In this document: one piece after another, positions 57,998 to 64,000 of the stretch
Numbering within the stretch: position 1 is the stretch's first letter
How the letters are laid out: each line of letters starts with the position of its first letter
IMG/VR virus record: IMGVR_UViG_3300008266_000014
Coordinates: 91,531 to 155,530 of that record
Source: a virus
DNA: 64,000 nucleotides
Strand: one strand, 5' to 3'
Translations under genes and position numbers: made by a program
The notes under the pieces: generated by a model
Told to the model about the DNA's origin: nothing
What the model saw: the letters and a program-made list of their open reading frames with translations, nothing else
Databases searched by the model: none

Positions 57998-58205
57998 CAC
58001 GATATAAAATACCCCGAAAGCACCCCCGCACGATATATTATTGCGTGAATAACGCGGATCCGCACCTATTTGAGACCCGCAGTTATTGCGGTGTTTGCGG
58101 GAAGTGAAATATTTTGAGATTTCCAGTGTTTCTGCGGGGTTTAACGTGTTGACCTCTTTTGAAAACTGTTGAAAATGAGCTTTACCGATAACAACGGAGG
58201 AAATC

Positions 58206-59429
58206 ATGATCAACTACGGAATGTTTACTGAATACGGCAATAGTGTCGTGGATGGTGTTGTGATTGCTGCCAAGCAGATTGGTTGGTCTCCAAAGGAAGT
58301 GATTGACATTCTGGATGACATCTCTACTGTGCGCGGGCTGCACGAAGCAGGGGATACCGAAGTTCGTGAGCGTGTCTATGCAGCAATCTTCAAGGAGGCA
58401 GTATGATTCAGGCGTACATCGATGATCTCTACGAGAAGGTAATATATCTATGTGAGATCAGAGGGGAGATGAGTCCCGAGGCAAACGCAATCACAGAAGA
58501 GCAGATTGCGAACATAATGAAGATGATCAAGGATGCAGAGGAGAAACAATATGCTAACCAGAGATGAATTCCAGGACATGATGGATGAAACATATCCCCC
58601 CTACAAGGCATTTGGCATTGAGATTGGTGCTGGTAGAGTGATAAGAGAGTGTGATCCAGAGCTCTTTAATGTTCTCTATCACGACTATATGAACAGCATG
58701 GAAACGGAGGAAGCATAATGCTAACTGAAAAGCAAAAGGGATTGTTCACACTTCTCGAGTTCGATGTCAACAGCGAAGATGTACTGCGGGAGCGACACAA
58801 GATGCTCGTTAAGGAGTACGGTGCAGTAAAAGACTTCACTCGCTGGCTGCAGAAGATTCTTGAGCATCGCTGGGCAGAAGATCGCCGGAGGAATTCAACT
58901 CCCTATCTTGGAGATTAATAAAATAGTAACTAAAAATATTTTCAAATACTTGTTGACCAACCACAAATAGTTTGAAGCTCCTGCACTGATCTACATGGAT
59001 GAAGTGCAGCATGAGTCGCGCGGTGAGAATCCAGTGTGTGTTGTTCCGATGGATGTTGAATAAAAGGAGATCATCATGTACACATTCGACGATAACGCTT
59101 TTAGTGATCTGCACAAGGATGCATTCGGTTTTCGTCCAGGCGAGAACTACTGGACATGGATGGGTGCAGCTAGCGATGATGATAAGCAGAAGGAATGGGA
59201 TTTTCTGATCCGAACAATGCACCAGCGCATGAAGGAAGAACACGAGGAAGAACAACGCTGCATTAAGGTGTTCGAAGATCGTATCGATAACCTGATGCAT
59301 ACTGGCACCACTCGCGAGAAGATCATCACATGGTTGATGGATGCCGAGGATGCATTGGGCGACATAGAATACTTTGAGTTCCTGGTGGGACTCCCCTACG
59401 GATATATCAAGAAGAACTACAAGATGTAA
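58206..59429 (+). CDS. Small early ORFs (58206-58406, 58551-58718, 58718-58918, 59076-59429 and one short ORF from 58403)
   Basis: GGAGG/AGGAG RBSs; GTTGACC boxes with TTGACC at 58149 and 58953. Confidence 0.65.
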
Positions 59430-59464
59430 CAGTTACCTCCCCTGCAGAGCAACTCTGCATTTAC

Positions 59465-59492
59465 AGCCCCAGGATGTCCTGGGGCTTTTTTT
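59465..59492 (+). terminator. Intrinsic terminator closing the ordinary early region
   Basis: AGCCCCAGGA-TG-TCCTGGGGCT followed by T-run. Confidence 0.85.
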
Positions 59493-59639
59493 GTCTGTTA
59501 TTTTTCCCATTATTTTTCCTGTTTTTTTTCCTGTTTTATTCCTACAGGATTACGGGAAGAGTTCCTACTCTTTTCCTACACTACTTCACTGGAAGATTCA
59601 CTTCGAGATACGCTAGCAGCTTCCTGCCAGGTCTTATTG

Positions 59640-59856
59640 AACTACTAACCTACACCTACCCTCATCTACCACATCCACTACACACCCCACAACCAACATC
59701 CCACATCAACAACTCACATCCAATCTAACATAACACCCTACATCATCTTCCCACATCCCACAACACACATCTTCACCTTATCAATCTCATAACATTATCA
59801 AACTATTAACACTATATCAAACCACATACAATTAAAACATAATCTATTAAACTATA
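59640..59856. other. G-free (+ strand) non-coding tract with CACATC repeats
   Basis: No G between 59639 and 59857; the minus strand is therefore C-free. Confidence 0.95.
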
Positions 59857-59862
59857 GATTAT
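59839..59862. repeat. 9-bp inverted repeat at the G-free/C-free switch point
   Basis: ATAATCTAT-taaact-ATAGATTAT. Confidence 0.85.
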
Positions 59863-60035
59863 TGAAATAGTAAGATATGAATTTATTAATGAGTGTTATT
59901 AAAATGTTAAGATGAAGTGGATAGAGGTGTTGTTAATAAAATGTTAAGTTTTGTGGGTAAAATGAATGAAGATTAGATAGATGTTTTTGAATAAAGTAAA
60001 ATTGGTTTTTTGTATTGGGTTGATAGAAAATTTAA

Positions 60036-60064
60036 ATGAACTTTTTATGTGGGTGTGATATGAT
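60036..60064 (+). promoter_or_regulatory. Putative promoter of the C-less operon
   Basis: ATGAAC-N17-TATGAT with extended -10 TG; contains the lone C (60041). Confidence 0.5.
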
Positions 60065-60103
60065 TTGTTTGTAGTAATTAATTTTAATTAGTGGGAGAGA
60101 TAG

Positions 60104-60544
60104 ATGGAAAAGATTGAATTTAGTAAGAGTGTGAATATTAATGAAGTGGAGAGAGTTATTAAAAAAGAGTATGAGTATTTGAATAATGGTTTTGAGTTTG
60201 AAGGTGTGATTGAGTTTATGAAAAAAAATGGAAGTGGAGTTTATGAGTTAATGTTTGGTTGTAGAGGTGGAATGGAAGATATTATTAAAAATGATATGAT
60301 TAAGAGTGAGGAAGAATGTTTTAATGATTTAGTAATGGGTTGTTATAGTAGTGAAAATAGTTTGGATGAAAGTATTGAGTTATTAATGGAAGAAAGTGAT
60401 TTTGATAATGTGGAAGAATTAAAAGAGAGTGTAATGGAATATTATGGTAAGATTGAAGAGATGTTTAAAGATGAAGATGATTATGTAATGGGGTTTGGTT
60501 TTTTTGAAGAAGATGTTAGTATTTTTATTAATGTGGAGGTATAA
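60104..60544 (+). CDS. C-less ORF1, highly acidic 146-aa protein
   Basis: GGGAG RBS; zero C in the CDS; no P/A/T/Q/H. Confidence 0.85.
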   Translation: MEKIEFSKSVNINEVERVIKKEYEYLNNGFEFEGVIEFMKKNGSGVYELMFGCRGGMEDIIKNDMIKSEEECFNDLVMGCYSSENSLDESIELLMEESDFDNVEELKESVMEYYGKIEEMFKDEDDYVMGFGFFEEDVSIFINVEV

Positions 60545-60545
60545 A

Positions 60546-60770
60546 ATGAGTAAGTATAAAATGATTAATGTTATAATGGGAAGAAATTATGATTATAATG
60601 ATAAGTTATTATATGGTAGAAGAAGTTTGAAATATTATGGATATATTAATGATGAAGATTATTTGAAAATTGTTGAAAGTTTAAGATTGATTGATTGTGT
60701 AGTAAATGTTTATAAAAAGGTAAGAAATAAAATGGATTGTTATGTAAGAATTATTGTGGAAGAGAAATAA
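60546..60770 (+). CDS. C-less ORF2, basic Tyr-rich 74-aa protein
   Basis: GGAGG RBS before ATG 60546, 1 nt after the ORF1 stop; zero C. Confidence 0.8.
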   Translation: MSKYKMINVIMGRNYDYNDKLLYGRRSLKYYGYINDEDYLKIVESLRLIDCVVNVYKKVRNKMDCYVRIIVEEK

Positions 60771-60875
60771 TTTGTGAATTGATATTTGAAAATTGATAGT
60801 TATTTTTAATTAGTATTTATTTGTAGTTGATGAGAAAATGTATTTGTTGTGATTATTAATTAAAGGGGATTAAAA

Positions 60876-61136
60876 ATGAGTGGAATTGTAAAAGTTATAG
60901 ATGTTAAAGATGGTGGTTTTTTTGATAATGGTTTGGTTTATGGTAGTTTGGATAATGTTGTTTTGGAAAAAGATGGTGAGTTTATGATGTGTGAAGGTAT
61001 TTTGATTTGGGAAGATTATGATGAGGAAGAATTGAGTTATATTTGGAGTAGTTGGAAAGATTGTTTTGATAATGGTGAAGAAGGATATTTTAAATTTATT
61101 AATGGTGTTTGGGTTGAAAATTGTAAGGTTGTGTAA
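60876..61136 (+). CDS. C-less ORF3, acidic 86-aa protein
   Basis: AAAGGGGATTAAAAATG initiation region; zero C. Confidence 0.85.
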   Translation: MSGIVKVIDVKDGGFFDNGLVYGSLDNVVLEKDGEFMMCEGILIWEDYDEEELSYIWSSWKDCFDNGEEGYFKFINGVWVENCKVV

Positions 61137-61155
61137 TTATTAAAGGGGATTAAAA

Positions 61156-61383
61156 ATGAAAATTGAAATTGAGATTAGTGATAAGATGATTGAGAAGTTT
61201 ATTAGTAAAATGGAAATTGAAGAGAAGTTAAGTTTTAGTAAAGAGGATATTGTAAAGAAAATAAAATTAAAATTGTATGATGATTTTAGTGATGAGGATT
61301 TAGATTTATTAGATGAGATTTTGTGGGATATGTATAATAATGAATGGTTTGAATATGAATATTTGGATGAAAATGAAGAGTAA
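61156..61383 (+). CDS. C-less ORF4, highly acidic 75-aa protein
   Basis: Same AAAGGGGATTAAAAATG initiation region; zero C. Confidence 0.85.
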   Translation: MKIEIEISDKMIEKFISKMEIEEKLSFSKEDIVKKIKLKLYDDFSDEDLDLLDEILWDMYNNEWFEYEYLDENEE

Positions 61384-61402
61384 TTAAAGTTAAAAGAATT
61401 TT

Positions 61403-61436
61403 AAGAAGAGTTACATTTTTTGTAACTCTTTTTTTT
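61403..61436 (+). terminator. Intrinsic terminator of the C-less operon
   Basis: AAGAGTTACA-TTTTT-TGTAACTCTT followed by T-run; holds 3 of the 4 Cs in 59853-61536. Confidence 0.88.
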
Positions 61437-61731
61437 ATTTAAAATGTTAATAAAAAAATAATAGTTATATTTAGAATGGTTATATTATTTAGTGTGGTGG
61501 GGGGTAGTTTTAGAATTTATAGTTGAAATTTAGATGCGCCTAGTCTCCAACTCGCCTCAGACACACTCTATATCACGCAGAAAAACACGAAGAGGCCAAA
61601 ACTTCCAAATCATTTCAAAAACAAATCTCACTGAAATTTTTTTCACGCCAAAAACCGAAAAAAAGACGAAGTCAAAAACACGAAGCGGAATAACTAATAA
61701 ATATTGATATTACTTGTTTGGATATAGAATA

Positions 61732-62097
61732 ATGAAATCCTTTTCAGCCTTTGTCCAAGAAGACATGGTTAATTACAATCACACTAATCAACAATGGCAA
61801 TTGCGTCATGATGACAAAGGTCATGGATTCAAGAGTGAGCATTCTAGAGTAATTCTGAAAGATGCAGTACCTCATGTTGATCATGATGCGCATGAGGCTG
61901 GTAAACGAGTATATGCGTACATGCATGGAACGCCAGTGAAATCAATACCAGAAAAGCACAAGAAACGAGAGATTAAGTTTAATCCAAATAACATCGATCA
62001 TCCGTTTATTCACAAGGATGATCATTCACCAGTCACTCATGCTAACTATGTAGAGTTTGATGGGCGTAATGTGTATGCTCATTACAAATCTCAATAA
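61732..62097 (+). CDS. His-rich late protein with capsid-targeting-like N-terminus
   Basis: MKSFSAFVQED; AATAAATA late-promoter variant upstream. Confidence 0.7.
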   Translation: MKSFSAFVQEDMVNYNHTNQQWQLRHDDKGHGFKSEHSRVILKDAVPHVDHDAHEAGKRVYAYMHGTPVKSIPEKHKKREIKFNPNNIDHPFIHKDDHSPVTHANYVEFDGRNVYAHYKSQ

Positions 62098-62129
62098 ATA
62101 TTAATATTACTGACACACCCCCTTCCCCT

Positions 62130-63947
62130 ATGTACAGATTCAAATCATTTCTTAGAGAGTATGTCGAGATCAAGGAATATCTGACTGATAAGCAGAGGGC
62201 TCGCTATTCGAGGATCAAGTTGACTCCAGAGGCCAAGAAAGCGACCGATCCTTTCTTTGGGGAGTCTGATCTTGTTCGCGAAGAGTTGCCATCGGATTAT
62301 GATCATGACAAGAGTGAAGTTCATAGAGAGGTGGAAAAGCATCTAGGAAAGGATATTTCTTCTGATGAGTATGTGAGTGGAATCACAAGGGACAAGTATG
62401 GTCGTGAGGCTCGTATTGGGAGAATGATCAAGGATAAGGGGTTGCAGGGTAAGTTTGCAAGTGATAATACAAGGGCAGGCAGCAAGGCAGGAAAGAATCA
62501 TTATGTGACGATTGTTCGTGGAACCGAGGTTGCAGGGCAGACAAACAGTGCACCGGACAAGAATCATCCAAAAGGGCATTCATGGGGTGATATGAGCTGC
62601 AAGAATGTCGACACAGGAACAAACAGAGAATATCTTGATGATGAGATTCGTCATGGATCTGTTGTGGTAAGAGTGCATGATCACAATGATCAGGAGATCT
62701 ATAGAGCGACCCTACATCCGCACGAGAATCAAAATGGAGATGTTGCCTATGCCGTGAATAGTGAATACGGAGTGAAGCATCCTTCATTTACCAATCACGC
62801 ACACGATGTTGCAAAGAGAATATCTGGAAAGCCAGATGTATCGAATGGAACAGATATGATCTATAACATTCATCCTGATGTATACAATGATAATGAGGCA
62901 GACACAATTGTACACCCAGGAGCAACAAAAGATCATCTTCATGCAATGATCGATCAGGCAGAAGACAATATTGATGATTTCTATAGAGATGACTACAAGG
63001 CAATTCTGAATCACAATCAAATTGATGACAAACATCTAAATCGTCTATACAATTTGTCAAAGAAGTTCGATATATCGGACGAGCACGATAACCATTTCAC
63101 ATCATCGGATTCAGAAAGAATCACGGCAAGACAACTAAAATCTGATTTGTTGTCTCATGAAAAGGTTCCGGAAAAAATTCTTCTAGACGCATTGAATAGC
63201 CCTGATAGAGGAACAAGAATTGATGTTGCGCTAAACAAGAATGCAACAGAAAAGGTTCTCGATACCGCATTGAGTGATGACACGGACGAAGTAAAGAGAT
63301 ATGCCGTAGAAAATCCAAATATGTCCGAAAAGCAACTATCACGTGTCTTTGATCATCCAAACGGAAGACCTCTTTTTGGTCATGTGACAAGATATGTTGC
63401 ATCAAGACATCCAAAAATCACAAGCAAACTGATTGATAAGATTCAAAATGATCCGGATGAATACGTAAGACAAGGAGTGGCATATCACAAGGCTCATGTG
63501 TTCAATTCTGATCAGATCAATAAAGCAATTAATGATACTCCAGATACCGCAATGTCGGTAATCAACGGATCATACAAACGAAACTTTGGTGGCGATACAA
63601 GAGAAATAAAAAATAGCAATTTTACCAAACAACATCTTGATGATGCAGTGAAAACAGGAAACGGTGATGTGATCACTGCAGCAATGTATCACCCTCTTGC
63701 AGAAAGAACTCATCTCGAGGCAGCAATTAATCACGAAAACTTTGCAACAAGACTCGCAGCAATCAATCACCCAGACATGACCAAAGAAGATCTTCAAAAA
63801 ATGGCTGAGCACGATCCGTCTGATTCCGTCAAAACCGAGGCAGAACGAAAACTAGGACATAGATTCGAAAAACGATACAAATTACAAAAAAGCGGAGAAT
63901 ACGATTGGCAAGAACCACCAAAAGGTGGATGGGTAGACTTTCGTTGA
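62130..63947 (+). CDS. HEAT/LRV-repeat protein with capsid-targeting-like N-terminus
   Basis: MYRFKSFLRE; repeated VR..VA.(N/H)P helical units in the C-terminal half. Confidence 0.75.
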   Translation: MYRFKSFLREYVEIKEYLTDKQRARYSRIKLTPEAKKATDPFFGESDLVREELPSDYDHDKSEVHREVEKHLGKDISSDEYVSGITRDKYGREARIGRMIKDKGLQGKFASDNTRAGSKAGKNHYVTIVRGTEVAGQTNSAPDKNHPKGHSWGDMSCKNVDTGTNREYLDDEIRHGSVVVRVHDHNDQEIYRATLHPHENQNGDVAYAVNSEYGVKHPSFTNHAHDVAKRISGKPDVSNGTDMIYNIHPDVYNDNEADTIVHPGATKDHLHAMIDQAEDNIDDFYRDDYKAILNHNQIDDKHLNRLYNLSKKFDISDEHDNHFTSSDSERITARQLKSDLLSHEKVPEKILLDALNSPDRGTRIDVALNKNATEKVLDTALSDDTDEVKRYAVENPNMSEKQLSRVFDHPNGRPLFGHVTRYVASRHPKITSKLIDKIQNDPDEYVRQGVAYHKAHVFNSDQINKAINDTPDTAMSVINGSYKRNFGGDTREIKNSNFTKQHLDDAVKTGNGDVITAAMYHPLAERTHLEAAINHENFATRLAAINHPDMTKEDLQKMAEHDPSDSVKTEAERKLGHRFEKRYKLQKSGEYDWQEPPKGGWVDFR

Positions 63948-64000
63948 GCAACTAATGCGCTGTTGCCTTTTCAATACTTCTAGGGTATAATCACTCTGCG

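Noticed and set aside
59474-59728. ORFs 59474-59728 and 59374-59616
   Set aside because: They run through a terminator and the G-free tract (where TAG/TGA cannot occur), lack RBSs and have composition-driven F/P/H/T sequence.
59640-59856. Minus-strand C-less protein gene in the left arm
   Set aside because: Manual reading gave only very short ATG-initiated frames; treated as non-coding.
59853-61536. C-less tract as a bisulfite-like or sequencing artefact, or simple low complexity
   Set aside because: ORFs have no premature stops, Cs persist in the terminator stem, G is plentiful, the sequence is non-repetitive and polarity flips at a hairpin. Raw reads are still needed for final exclusion.
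234-63812. Numerous short antisense and alternate-frame ORFs in the track
   Set aside because: They shadow well-supported + strand genes and lack RBSs or motifs; only 41138-42743 forms a credible minus-strand operon.
1-64000. Alternative genetic code / stop-codon reassignment
   Set aside because: Core genes translate at full length with the standard bacterial code and all three stop codons are used.

Overview
A 64-kb segment of a large T4-like (Tevenvirinae/cyanophage-type architecture) myovirus genome, almost entirely coded on the + strand. Host-derived genes suggest a freshwater Betaproteobacterium (Burkholderiales) as host; this is inference. In order: replication and nucleotide genes (gp62, regA, dCMP deaminase, phoH, hsp20, gp43, uvsX, gp41); a late block of probable capsid-internal proteins with T4-type capsid-targeting N-termini and repeated protease-site-like motifs (including a HicA-like fusion and Dps); a lysis module; primase, thyX and nrdA/nrdB split by auxiliary genes (Rieske oxygenase, SOD, 2OG oxygenase); pstS plus a phosphate porin; tRNA-Met(CAT) and tRNA-Cys; RNase H and an exonuclease; then about 12 kb of small early ORFs. 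The standout feature is at 59.64-61.54 kb. A 9-bp hairpin separates a 217-nt G-free arm from a 1.68-kb arm with only 4 cytosines on the + strand, and the interval 60042-61413 (1372 nt) has none. That arm holds an intact four-gene operon written only in A/G/T, whose proteins lack Pro, Ala, Thr, Gln and His. The surviving Cs lie in the putative promoter and the terminator stem. Family assignments come from motif recognition by eye, not database searches.
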